Under the pieces are notes generated by a model. The model did not search any database, had not been told where the DNA came from, and saw only the letters and a program-made list of their open reading frames with translations. Both the position numbers and the translations under genes were made by a program. DNA of 62,981 nucleotides, filler included, from Octopus bimaculoides (Eukaryota): the NCBI RefSeq assembly GCF_001194135.2. It is 5 parts of 5 records of this genome, joined end to end, with 100 filler letters (N's around TTAATTAATTAA, not from the genome) between each part and the next. Parts side by side here need not be neighbours in the genome. Positions count along the whole stretch, not along the records: positions 25,538 to 37,467 come from NC_068985.1; positions 37,568 to 52,313 come from NC_068982.1; 3 more parts are not named here. One strand, written 5' to 3'. Below, piece by piece: positions 28,608 through 39,978 of the stretch. Numbering within the stretch: the first letter of the stretch is position 1; each line of letters begins with the position of its first letter.

Positions 28608-28910
28608 AATTACTTCTGCACCTCTTCAAGCCTCATAACTGCCTCAGGTGCAATCTTTGCAATAAACTTTACATTGGTCATATGGGTCGCTGGCTAGCTG
28701 ACCAGTTCACCAAACACCTACGGTCATTCATCTACATAAGAACACTGCCTTCGCCTGTCATTTTTGTTTGGCCAACCATTCCACCTGAGACCTCACCGTC
28801 TTTGGCCTTGCCCCACACCATGGATTGACAAACTCTAGACTCCGCCAGGAACAGCATTACTATATGTAATGAAACTCCATTCGGTCTCCACATGACCCCT
28901 CCTCTCAGTG
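28608..28910 (+). mobile_element. Penelope-like GIY-YIG endonuclease fragment (CCHH-type)
   Basis: FCTSSSLI(Y)CLRCNLCNKLYIGHMGRWLADQFTKHL...HFCLANHS...RQEQ with frameshifts. Confidence 0.8.
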
Positions 28911-29314
28911 ACTTCCCCATACCCTTTTTAAAAAGAAACATTTTATTCTATCTTAATTTTATTTGTATATATTTTATGTTTTTAATTTATTTTTTATTAT
29001 TTTTTATTTATTTCTGTTACTGATTCTATTTTTGTTAGTGATTTATTCATATAATCTTTCATATTTATTTTTTTATCATTACTAATTTTTATTTTTCATT
29101 ATTTATTTGTATCATAATTTATTTTTCATATTCCTATACCACACACCACACACCCACCTGCAAGCACACACCGACATGCACACATACATGTAGACACACA
29201 CCACACACACATAAACCAACACCCTTGGCTACACACACTCCATCTCACCACTCTCTCCCATTCATGCATGCACATCCACATGTACCTCTACACATGAACA
29301 CACATATATATGTA

Positions 29315-29700
29315 GGTTTGGCACCCATCTTGCACAGACTTCAGGGAAGCTAAGCTCCTTGTGAATGATTTGATAGGCAGAACCATGACGAATCTGCAGA
29401 GAATGTGCTACCTCATCAACGATAACCTACCAGTTCAGCATTGCCACCTCTCAAGCTTGCCGAGACTTCTCATCAGTGGTGGAAGTTGATGGGCATTTAT
29501 GTATTATGCTAAAAGCCTCTGTTGAATTTCAACATCTGCCACATCTTCCAGCCAGAGAAAACAGATCACTGCTTTTTGTTCTTCTTTGGTGAACGTTGCC
29601 AAGCTTACACCGTGAAGCCAGAAAGACAGTTGGTGCAATCAGGCTCAAACTTCAATCATGTGACCATAATAGCACCAACTATAAGCATGCCTGCACAGAA
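29315..29700 (-). mobile_element. Mariner transposase N-terminal fragment
   Basis: TKEEQKAVICFLW, VDEVAHSLQIRHGSAYQIIHKELSFPEVCARWVP. Confidence 0.85.
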
Positions 29701-29724
29701 GGTAGTGTGACAATAATAAAGATA

Positions 29725-29945
29725 TGTTAAGGCAGCAAGCTTGCAGAAACATTAGCATGCCAGGCAAAATGCTTAGCAGTATTTTGTTTGTGTTTATGTT
29801 CTGAGTTCAAATTCTGCCGAGGTCGACTTTGCCTTTCATACTTTTGAGCTTGATAAATTAAGTACAAGTTGCGTACTGGGGTCGATCTAATCGACTGGCC
29901 TCCTCCCCCAAAATGTCGGGCCTTGTGCCTAGCGTAGAAAAGAAT
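29725..29945 (+). mobile_element. SINE (Nin/Deu-like core family)
   Basis: Full core plus tail. Confidence 0.9.
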
Positions 29946-30224
29946 AATAAAGATATATTATGGCCAAAGTGTGGATAACTTTTGACTTTCCCTCGTATTA
30001 TGATTGCTAGCTTCCTATTCTTATCTAAGATCATTTCTGAGATCTATCAATATTGATTCTATTCAAATACATATTTGGGTTCACAAACTAAAACATATTT
30101 AACTTACACAACATCTTGAAATTAAATAGAGACTGGACACATTTATAGTTCGGAGAGGATGTTTAAACTATTTTGATATTTCACAGAAAATAATTAAAGA
30201 TAAGAAAAAAGTATATTGTACAGT

Positions 30225-30364
30225 ATAGGTGCAGGTGTGACTGTGTGGTAAGAAGCCAGCTTCCCAACCACATAGCTCTGGGTTCAGTGTCTTCTACTAT
30301 AGCCTTAGGCCGACCAAAGCCTTGTGACTGATTTGGTAGACAGAAACTGAAAGAAGCCTCTGTG

Positions 30365-30396
<32 letters not shown>

Positions 30397-30620
30397 TGTA
30401 TGTATGTATGTATGTATGTATGTATATGTTTGTGTGTCTGTGTTTGTCCCCCCACTCTCGCTTGCCAACTGATATTGGTGTGTTTACGTCCCCAAAACTT
30501 AGTGATTTGGCAAAAGAGACCAATAGAATAATTACTAGGCATACAAAAAATAAGTGCTCAGGTCAATTTGATCTACTAAAGGCTGGTGCTCCAGCATCAC
30601 CACAGTCAAACGGCTGAACC
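30225..30620 (+). mobile_element. Second SINE family (ggctgtgtggtaag head) with internal (TATG)n
   Basis: Related copies at 32415-32753, 44510-44820, 41140-41305 (minus), 4640-4770 and 37720-38030. Confidence 0.85.
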
Positions 30621-31102
30621 ACAAAAATGAAAAAAAGTATACTTTACGTATAAACAAGTATTTCGACAAACAATATATTTAAATCCAGCCATTGTTCATG
30701 TTACAGTATATGTATTTCATCCTTTCATTCATGCATTGTGAGAAAGAAAACTATTGTCTAATAAATTTATTTGGTATGAACAAGAGGAAACAAGAAGTAA
30801 TTTTGGTTAATATGCCATTTCAGAGTTGGTTCTTCAGTGGTACAAAATTTCTATTCTATATGCAAAATACTAATTACTATGCAAAAGTAATACTGACTGA
30901 GAGTCCGACTGAACAAAATTTACTTCAATGGTATATAATCTCAGAAAATACTAACACTAAATTTAATTCTGTCAATATTTAGTATAGCATTGTACTATTT
31001 CCATCACTACAATGTTTGGTGGTGAAATTACCACTAAGAGAAACCATTCACAAATATGTTTACAGCAATAAGGGTTTTTCTAAGATTACTTTCTTGTTAG
31101 AG

Positions 31103-31131
31103 TTATCCAGAAGCAGGAGTGATTTTGGATA
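31103..31131 (-). CDS. Candidate terminal exon C2, coding part (V)SKITPASG-stop
   Basis: Same acceptor and coding sequence as C1, 383 nt downstream of the B2 donor. Confidence 0.45.
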
Positions 31132-31514
31132 CTGAAGGAGAACAGCTGATCACATTAACCATTGCAAATTTGTTCCAGTTTTTGTGTCTCATGTCTAGGC
31201 AAGTATCTACTGAATTCAATATTAGTTGTATACCTATTTGGATTATTTGCTTCAATAAAAATTTTAAAATATATGCATATGAACTGCATTAATAAGGGTA
31301 AGATAAATAAAAGTGTAAAATATGAGTTACATATGAATGTCTGCAAAAAGTTTATTGTATATGCAATTAAATTTTAACATCTTGAAAGTTTTAGTTTCAA
31401 TCATACATATATATTAAGCTGTATATTCTACTCAAAGAAAGAATGAGCCAAAATATTTGCTAACTCTTGCTCTAATGAATGTAAATTTTGTTAATAAATT
31501 GCTTTTATACTTAC

Positions 31515-31556
31515 CAGCAGGCTTCTTTGAGATGTTAACGTAAGTACCATCCATGT
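31515..31556 (-). CDS. Microexon B2 (42 nt, phase 1-1): (N)MDGTYVNISKKPA
   Basis: Acceptor ttttaatttcttatag, donor G|gtaagtat. Differs from B1 at 3 nt: 2 synonymous, 1 V>I. Confidence 0.8.
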
Positions 31557-31811
31557 CTATAAGAAATTAAAAAAAGAATAAATAGTATGGCTACAAATAA
31601 TATCTAAATTAAAATAGTTGTGTACTGATTCTACCATAATAAATACTCATGAGATAGACTCAAACACACTCACACATATATACATGCATGTACATGCGTA
31701 TTAATAGACAAAAGTTAGAGAGTGACATATTTCATAATTGTTAGCTTTCTGTCTTTTTCAAAGATAAGTTCTAAGCTCATGCTGTGTACTAACAATATTG
31801 ATTGTACTTAC

Positions 31812-31871
31812 TTCGTTGTCCCATTTCTAAATATTTTGGCTCGCTAGTTTCAGCACATTGTTCTCCCACAA
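31812..31871 (-). CDS. Microexon A2 (60 nt, phase 1-1): (V)VGEQCAETSEPKYLEMGQR
   Basis: Acceptor tttaatttcttgaag, donor A|gtaagtac. Differs from A1 at 4 nt, none in PKYLEMGQR. Confidence 0.8.
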
Positions 31872-32414
31872 CTTCAAGAAATTAAATTTTAAAAAATAGG
31901 CATATTTATTGTTTGGAGAGGATGAAAGCCCTTGGTACAGTATTATATATTTGAAAAACTGAATAGAAATGGCTTTTTTGATAATTTTTCCACTTTAATT
32001 ATGAGATGTCTAGGGTCTAGCTGGCTTCATTCACAAAATCAGGCCCCTTTAATTTTGCTCAGCTTGTTTTCAATTTTGTTGTATCGATACTGTTTTGAAT
32101 TTTGATTACGCTTAACTAATTACTTTATCTCATAAATTAAAGAATCTGATGTTATTTGAAATTAAAGTTGGTAAAATCTGATCAATTTTACCAATCAACA
32201 GACAGCGAGACATTAACAGCTAGTTACCATGTCAACCACACGTTGTGCTGATTCTTCACACTATGAGATTCACTTCACCCACATGTTTTGTTTGTGCATA
32301 TCACTGTTTTTTTTTTAATTTTCTGAAAAATTTATATTTATCAATTAGAATTCTATTGTAAATATTTTTTGTCAATTGTTTTAATATTTTATTTATTCTT
32401 TTATATATATATAT

Positions 32415-32753
32415 AGGCGCAGGAGTGGCTGTGTGGTAAGTAGCTTGCTTACCAGCCACATGGTTCCGGGTTCATTCCCACTGTGTGGCACCTTGGGTGA
32501 GTATCTTCTACTATAGCCTTGGGCCGACCAAAGCCTTGTGAGTGGATTTGGTAGATGGAAACTGAAAGAAGCCTGTCGTATATATGTATATGTATGTATA
32601 TGTTTGTCTCCCCAACATCGCTTGACAACTGATGGTGGTGTGTTTAGGTCCCCGTAACTTAGCGGTTCGGCAAAAGAGACCGATAGAATAAGTACTAGGC
32701 ATCCAAAGAATAAGTCCTGGGGTCGATTTGCTCTACTAAAGGCAGTGCTCCAG
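32415..32753 (+). mobile_element. Second SINE family copy
   Basis: ggcgcaggagtggctgtgtggtaagtagcttgc tRNA-like head and full body up to the gap. Confidence 0.9.
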
Positions 32754-33856
32754 NNNNNNNNNNNNNNNNNNNNNNNNNNNNNNNNNNNNNNNNNNNNNNN
32801 NNNNNNNNNNNNNNNNNNNNNNNNNNNNNNNNNNNNNNNNNNNNNNNNNNNNNNNNNNNNNNNNNNNNNNNNNNNNNNNNNNNNNNNNNNNNNNNNNNNN
32901 NNNNNNNNNNNNNNNNNNNNNNNNNNNNNNNNNNNNNNNNNNNNNNNNNNNNNNNNNNNNNNNNNNNNNNNNNNNNNNNNNNNNNNNNNNNNNNNNNNNN
33001 NNNNNNNNNNNNNNNNNNNNNNNNNNNNNNNNNNNNNNNNNAAAACAGAGGTGGATGCAGTAAATTATTAGCAAGAAAAGGGTGTTATCCCTAAAAAAAA
33101 AAGATGTCGGTAAATCTAGGTACAACTTGAGTAAGAAAGTGGTTTGTGGGAATTTGTACTGGTGGTACACTTGCAATGGTTGCAATGAATGCCTGTCAGT
33201 TTAAACCCAGGTTAGGCCAGAATGAACCATTTTATATTTTTATTGAAGATGTAGGACAACATTATTTGATGTGGCCTTTATTTTCTAAATGTCAGAGCAT
33301 AGTGTGAGAGAGATTTAGTTGTTATTTCTAGCAAATTGAACAACCACACAGAGATTACCTCATTGGTTCATTTGCTGATGTGTATAAGTAAACAAAAACT
33401 CAAGGAAATTGATCTTCATCTATTTCTAGGATCTTCATCTGTTTCCAGTTCTATGATCAACTGAACTGGTTACACATTCAACTGGTACTTAATTTATCAA
33501 CCCTGAAAGGCAAAGTCAACCTAGGTGGAATTTGAACTCAGAATGTAAAGCATTTTCTCCAGTGTGCTAATGATTCTGTCAGCTTGTTGTCTTATGATTA
33601 CACATTATATTAACATATAATTGGCCTAGTATACCACAGCACACATGAACCCACAACATAATCCATAAGTAAACTCAGTACAACCCAGTGTGACATGGCT
33701 AGGCCTTTTAATTACAGGTCCAGGATCTAATTATAGTATAATTTGGCTGAGTATTCCATAGATATATGTGGCTGTAATGTGATCCTGAGACAAAATCAAT
33801 GTGACACAAGATGGACATAGCCAGAGTTTTAGCTGAAAATGTTTCTCACCCATTAA

Positions 33857-34077
33857 CCCTTTCGTTACCAACCCTGCTGAAACCGGCTCTAGCTTTGTAG
33901 CACAAATGTTTTGTTTTCATAAGTTTTGAATTAAAATCTTCCACCAAACCTTATATGCAATATATGTTCCTAACACTAGCTGAATGATAACTAAGTTACT
34001 TTACCAAATTCTTTGTTATATTTTAAATAATTGAAAGAAACACAGAGCATCTCAGAATAAATACGATAACGAAAGGG
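33857..34077. mobile_element. piggyBac-type MITE
   Basis: TTAA|ccctttcgttac...gataacgaaaggg|TTAA: TIRs with TTAA TSD. Confidence 0.85.
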
Positions 34078-34664
34078 TTAAGAAAAATATACTATTTGCT
34101 GAAGAAATTGTGGAAAATCAGAACAAAATTAAACTCAATATCAGATGAATAATTCTATTAACAGGAAGCTGTGGGTAACTGTGGTAACAGGTTTCCTACT
34201 TTCACCCTTATTGGTTACATATTTGGTGGGGGACTAGTTTGGCTCTTTAAATTAGTTGTACTTCATTTGGCAGGGTTCCACACAGTTTCTATTTAACCAA
34301 TTTTACTCTCAAAGCTTTGGTCACTTGGCAGACTAACTATTAAGTCACTTCCAGATGTGTTCCATTCTCTGATGCCCCATTCATTCTATGTCCCCTCTCT
34401 CTGTCATTTCTACTGTACTATATGACTTCTGTTCCTTGCAGCTAGCTGAGCTCACCCCACCTCCTCTCAAACGTTCCCATCCCATTTACCTCTTCCCTTT
34501 TCATCATCCCTCTTATATCCAACCTCATTCACCCCCACCTAAAAGGCCTCATGCTTATCGCTATGCTCAGTTTTTCCTCCCCAAAATGGTTTCCCTCAAG
34601 AAATCCTTCTCTGTCCATATCTTTCCTACAGATGTTGGTTTATGAAGATTCACAAGGCACATCA

Positions 34665-35055
34665 ATGGCCTTAATCATTAACCTCACTCGTCCAATGTCC
34701 TAATTGGTAGGAAGGTAGACAAAACACAAACCCCTTCAGGTAGATGACCCTGCTCGATCTGTAGAAAAGGCATAGGTAGAAACTCCATAAGATGTACCCA
34801 GTGTAAGCTATGGACACATATGAGGTGCAGCAATATCAAAGGAAGGCTAACTAGCAAGATAGTTTTTGTATGTGGCAGATGCTCAGGAGCAATAAACACT
34901 GAAAATGTGCAGAAAACAACCTCTCCTTCATGGGACACTAAATTCTGCTTACGAAGACCTGTTGGGACAAGTGAAATCGAAATCGTAATTGAATCATATT
35001 CGATGACTGGCACCTGTGCCAGTGGAGCACTAACAGCACTGTCCGAGCATGATCA
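34665..35055 (+). mobile_element. RTE LINE fragment with PHD-like finger joined directly to its 3' UTR
   Basis: PCSICRKGIGRNSIRCTQCKLWTHMRCSNIKGRLTSKIVFVCGRC (C4HC3). Confidence 0.8.
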
Positions 35056-36235
35056 NNNNNNNNNNNNNNNNNNNNNNNNNNNNNNNNNNNNNNNNNNNNN
35101 NNNNNNNNNNNNNNNNNNNNNNNNNNNNNNNNNNNNNNNNNNNNNNNNNNNNNNNNNNNNNNNNNNNNNNNNNNNNNNNNNNNNNNNNNNNNNNNNNNNN
35201 NNNNNNNNNNNNNNNNNNNNNNNNNNNNNNNNNNNNNNNNNNNNNNNNNNNNNNNNNNNNNNNNNNNNNNNNNNNNNNNNNNNNNNNNNNNNNNNNNNNN
35301 NNNNNNNNNNNNNNNNNNNNNNNNNNNNNNNNNNNNNNNNNNNNNNNNNNNNNNNNNNNNNNNNNNNNNNNNNNNNNNNNNNNNNNNNNNNNNNNNNNNN
35401 NNNNNNNNNNNNNNNNNNNNNNNNNNNNNNNNNNNNNNNNNNNNNNNNNNNNNNNNNNNNNNNNNNNNNNNNNNNNNNNNNNNNNNNNNNNNNNNNNNNN
35501 NNNNNNNNNNNNNNNNNNNNNNNNNNNNNNNNNNNNNNNNNNNNNNNNNNNNNNNNNNNNNNNNNNNNNNNNNNNNNNNNNNNNNNNNNNNNNNNNNNNN
35601 NNNNNNNNNNNNNNNNNNNNNNNNNNNNNNNNNNNNNNNNNNNNNNNNNNNNNNNNNNNNNNNNNNNNNNNNNNNNNNNNNNNNNNNNNNNNNNNNNNNN
35701 NNNNNNNNNNNNNNNNNNNNNNNNNNNNNNNNNNNNNNNNNNNNNNNNNNNNNNNNNNNNNNNNNNNNNNNNNNNNATATGTATTTAGAAATAAAAATAT
35801 ATTTACAGTATAAAAATATGTTCAGTATATGTTCTGCATCCTCTCATTCACATATTGTGAAAAAGAAATGTATTGTCTAATAAATTTATTTGGTATGAAC
35901 AAAAGGAAACAAAGAGTAATTTTGCTTCATATGACATTTCAAAATTTGGAAAGTGGGTTCCTCAGTAAAGTGGCACCCAGAATTTTATTCTATGAGCAAA
36001 ATGCTAATAAAATGTAAAAGTAGTTCCTATTGAGAACCTGATTGCACAAAATTTACTTCACTGGGATGTAACCTCAGAATGTACTAACACTAAATTCAAT
36101 TCTATCAGTATGTAGTACAGTATTGTACTATTTCCATCACTACAATGTTTGGTGGTGAAATTACCATTAAGAGAAACCATTCACAAATATGTTTACGGCA
36201 ATAAGGATTTTTCTAAGATTACTTTCTTGTTAGAG

Positions 36236-36264
36236 TTATCCAGAAGCAGGAGTGATTTTGGATA
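36236..36264 (-). CDS. Candidate terminal exon C1, coding part (V)SKITPASG-stop
   Basis: Strong acceptor gctgttctccttcag 380 nt downstream of the B1 donor. Phase-1 reading gives 8 further codons then TAA. Identical in the second duplicate. Confidence 0.45.
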
Positions 36265-36644
36265 CTGAAGGAGAACAGCTGATCACATTAACCATTGCAA
36301 ATCTGTTCCTGTTTTTGTGTCTCATGTCTAGGCAAGTATCTACTGAATTCAATATTAGTTGTATACCTATTTGGATTATTTGCTTCACTAAAAAAATTTA
36401 AATATATGCATATGAACTGCATTAATAAGGGTAAGATAAATAAAAGTGTAAAATATGAGTTACATATGAATGTCTGCAAAAAGTTTATTGTATATGCAAT
36501 TAAATTTTAACATCTTGAAAGTTTTAGTTTAAATCATACATATATATTAAGTTGTATATTCTACTCAAAGAAAGAATGAGCCAAAATATTTGCTAACTCT
36601 TGCTCTGGATGTAAATTTTGTTAATAAATTGCTTATATACTTAC

Positions 36645-36686
36645 CAGCTGGTTTCTTTGAGACGTTAACGTAAGTACCATCCATGT
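36645..36686 (-). CDS. Microexon B1 (42 nt, phase 1-1): (N)MDGTYVNVSKKPA
   Basis: Acceptor ttttaatttcttaaag, donor G|gtaagtat. In frame with A1; YxN motif. Confidence 0.8.
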
Positions 36687-36942
36687 CTTTAAGAAATTAA
36701 AAAAAAGAATAAATAGTATGGCTATAAATAATATTTAAATTAAGACAGTTGTGTACTGATTCTACCATAATAAATACTCATGAGATAGACTCAAACACAC
36801 TCACACATATATACATGCATCTACATGCGTATTAATAGACAAAAGTTAGAGAGTGACATATTTCATAATAGTTAGCTTTCTGTCTTTTTCAAAGATAAGG
36901 TCTAAGCTCATGCTGTGTACTAAAAATATTGATTGTACTTAC

Positions 36943-37002
36943 TTCGTTGTCCCATTTCTAAATATTTTGGATCGCTCGCTTCAGCATATTGTTCTCCCAC
37001 AA
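36943..37002 (-). CDS. Microexon A1 (60 nt, phase 1-1) of an unidentified Tyr-motif receptor/adaptor tail: (V)VGEQYAEASDPKYLEMGQR
   Basis: Acceptor tttaaattttgaag, donor A|gtaagtac, open frame, YxxM motif. Paralogous exon at 31812-31871 has the same splice sites. Confidence 0.8.
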
Positions 37003-37198
37003 CTTCAAAATTTAAATAAAAAAAGATAGGTATAGTTATTGTTTGGAGAGGATGATTTAAGTATTTTGATGATACACAGAAAGCAGCCTGCCCAGAAGNN
37101 NNNNNNNNNNNNNNNNNNNNNNNNNNNNNNNNNNNNNNNNNNNNNNNNNNNNNNNNNNNNNNNNNNNNNNNNNNNNNNNNNNNNNNNNNNNNNNNNNN

Positions 37199-37460
37199 TG
37201 AAAATTTCAAGAAATAAAATGGTAATACATTGTACCTGCAAAAGTCTTGTAAAATATACTACATTGTACTGCAAACGTGTACCAGACTTTGTGGATTGTC
37301 TATGACATCAATTGAACATGAACTTTGCTTTCAGCTTGATTATTCTGAATTGATCGATGATTTTGTGAAGCAAAAATTGCACTCTGTCTTTGAAAGTTGC
37401 CTGGATTATAAAAGTGCTCTGAAAGTTTTACTTATTGAAATTTGTAATAGACCTAAATGA
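37199..37460 (+). mobile_element. hAT transposase C-terminal fragment
   Basis: RLCGLSMTSIEHELCFQLDYSELIDDFVKQK resembles the hAT dimerisation-domain end. Confidence 0.7.
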
Positions 37461-37511
37461 ATTTAACNNNNNNNNNNNNNNNNNNNNNNNNNNNNNNNNN
37501 NNNNNNNNNNN

Positions 37512-37523
37512 TTAATTAATTAA
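37512..37523. other. Assembly linker TTAATTAATTAA
   Basis: As at 25482. Confidence 0.95.
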
Positions 37524-38208
37524 NNNNNNNNNNNNNNNNNNNNNNNNNNNNNNNNNNNNNNNNNNNNTATATATATATATATATATTAATTGTGATTACT
37601 TGATTAAAGTTCCTTTGATTTTATGTTAATTGTTCTGCACACATTTCTTCTGTGTATGTCATTTGTTTCTTCTTCTGCGAACCAAAAGAGAAACATTTTT
37701 GTACAATGCATAAAATTAAATTCGTATCTGTATACAGATATGCCTGTGTAGTTAAGTAATGTGCTACGCAACGCTGTTTCGGTCCATCTTACTGTACGAC
37801 ACCCTGGAACATTGTCTTCTTCTATTGCCTCGAATTAACCACTGCCTTGTGAGTGAGAATGATAGACGGAATCTGTGCAGAAGTCACGTATATGTGATGT
37901 CTCTGTACTTCTTTGTATTTGTCCCTTAATAGTCACTATTTGACAACCGGTGTTTGTGCGCTTGCTTCTCTTAATCAAGGTGTTCGGCAAAATGCAACTG
38001 ACTGAATAAGTACCAGGTTTAAAATAAGCACATCATTTTACTTTATCTTTGATATTCGAGTACTATTTTTTCCCACCTTGCTTTGCACTTATGTGTTCAC
38101 ACACACACACACACACACACACNNNNNNNNNNNNNNNNNNNNNNNNNNNNNNNNNNNNNNNNNNNNNNNNNNNNNNNNNNNNNNNNNNNNNNNNNNNNNN
38201 NNNNNNNN

Positions 38209-38256
<48 letters not shown>

Positions 38257-39425
38257 GAGTCCAAATTTAATGAAACAGGTGTCATACTTGGAATGTGCAG
38301 TCCAGATTTAGTCTAAAATTTAATGTCATTAATAACAGAAATAGTGTAGACCAGTGTAATCAGCACGTCGCTTTCGATGACATTAGATTAGATAAATATC
38401 GCATGTATTGTGTAGCTAAATTTCACGCCAAACATGTTCTCTTTTTTCTATCAGGTTGAATTGTTTTTAATTTTGATAGCTAACTATTGACATCGATTTC
38501 CCAATACTAATTAGAAGACGTAGACATATTCTATATTGTGGTATTTTTAAAAACTTACTCTATAGTAATAATTCTGAGCCTGGACGATAACTCTCATTAG
38601 GAGATATTTTGTGCTAACAAGAGGGGGACAAATGTCAAAGAAGCACTAAAGGAGGCTCTGCGTATTTATAAGTATTTGTGATTTGTCTGAGAAATAGAAT
38701 ATATAAATAAGGTACAATATTAATATTTTAAATACATTTTCAAAAACAATTCTTCCGATGGGATAAGAATGAGAGGAAAACATGGCTGAAGGTGTGCACA
38801 AGGTTCTATATAATTTTGCTATATAAGTCCTCGGTATTCTAAATGATTTCCTTAAATATGTAACGTAGGGAACACATGCTCATGCAAATATCTAGAAAGA
38901 AAAGTGAGGATCTAGCTGGTAAGGATAATCTAACAAAATATGGATAATAAACCATGCAAGATTAGCTTCGTATTAAAATACTGTTTTGGGAATTTTTTCT
39001 TCTATTTTTTTTTTTTTTCAAATATGTGAAGGGCCGTTTGTAAAACGTCATCCAATGAAAAAGACGCCAAGTTACAAGTTGAGAACACTTGCTCTATAAC
39101 AACCATTGCCATGAATTTTTTGATAAATTTGTTTTTCAATAATATCATGTCTCACAAGAATGTAATACTTTGAAGAAACTTCCGACAGTAGATGAAGCTA
39201 TTGATTGATAATGTTTTTTTAATACCACTTGCAGAAACGAAATGCTTAGCCGTCACTCGCAAGCGAGTACGACTTGATAGATTTACCACGCTGTCGCTAA
39301 ATGCTTTAGGCGTCTGTATCGTCGCGAACAGACATAAACACCCTCTCAGCCCTCCCACCTATGGCCTACAGAGCATCGAGGATGTAACAGCTGGAGGGCG
39401 AGAAGGCTGCACCATTATTCAGTGA

Positions 39426-39479
<54 letters not shown>

Positions 39480-39481
<2 letters not shown>

Positions 39482-39650
39482 TCGAAAAATACCTTAAGAA
39501 TGAGAACCCAGGTTCGAAATTTCCCCCAAGACACCTGATGAAGGCTGGACGGTATATCAGCCGAAATGTTGTTTTAACAACAAACAAGATGAGGACAAAT
39601 ATCCGTCAAATGTAAATAATGTACATAATTCCTTATCTCTTAAATATAGA
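39480..39650 (+). mobile_element. Short repeat following (AAT)n, carrying a hammerhead-like motif
   Basis: acac-CTGATGA-aGGCTG...CAGCC-GAAA-tg-TT-gttt at 39531-39574. Confidence 0.65.
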
Positions 39651-39978
39651 ACTGCTGCACCAGTAGTTAGCGATTACTCATATACAGCTGTGTAACCTGA
39701 AACAACGTGAAATGAAGTGCTCCTTGGTCCGATAACCACAACCTTAAGACTGTTAGCTTAACACCCCTCACCACTAGGCCACCCGCCTTTGGTCTAAAAG
39801 ATGTCAGAGCTCAAAGGTATCTGAAGTTACGGGCACACTGGGCACTTGCCCAGGGGTTCGTGGGTCGAGGGCCCAATTATGATCAATGTATATTGGGACT
39901 TGCTGTTATTGAATAATTACTATAGTGTTCAGTGCATTGATGTTTGCAGGGGGCCTATAATACTGTTAAGACGGTCCT

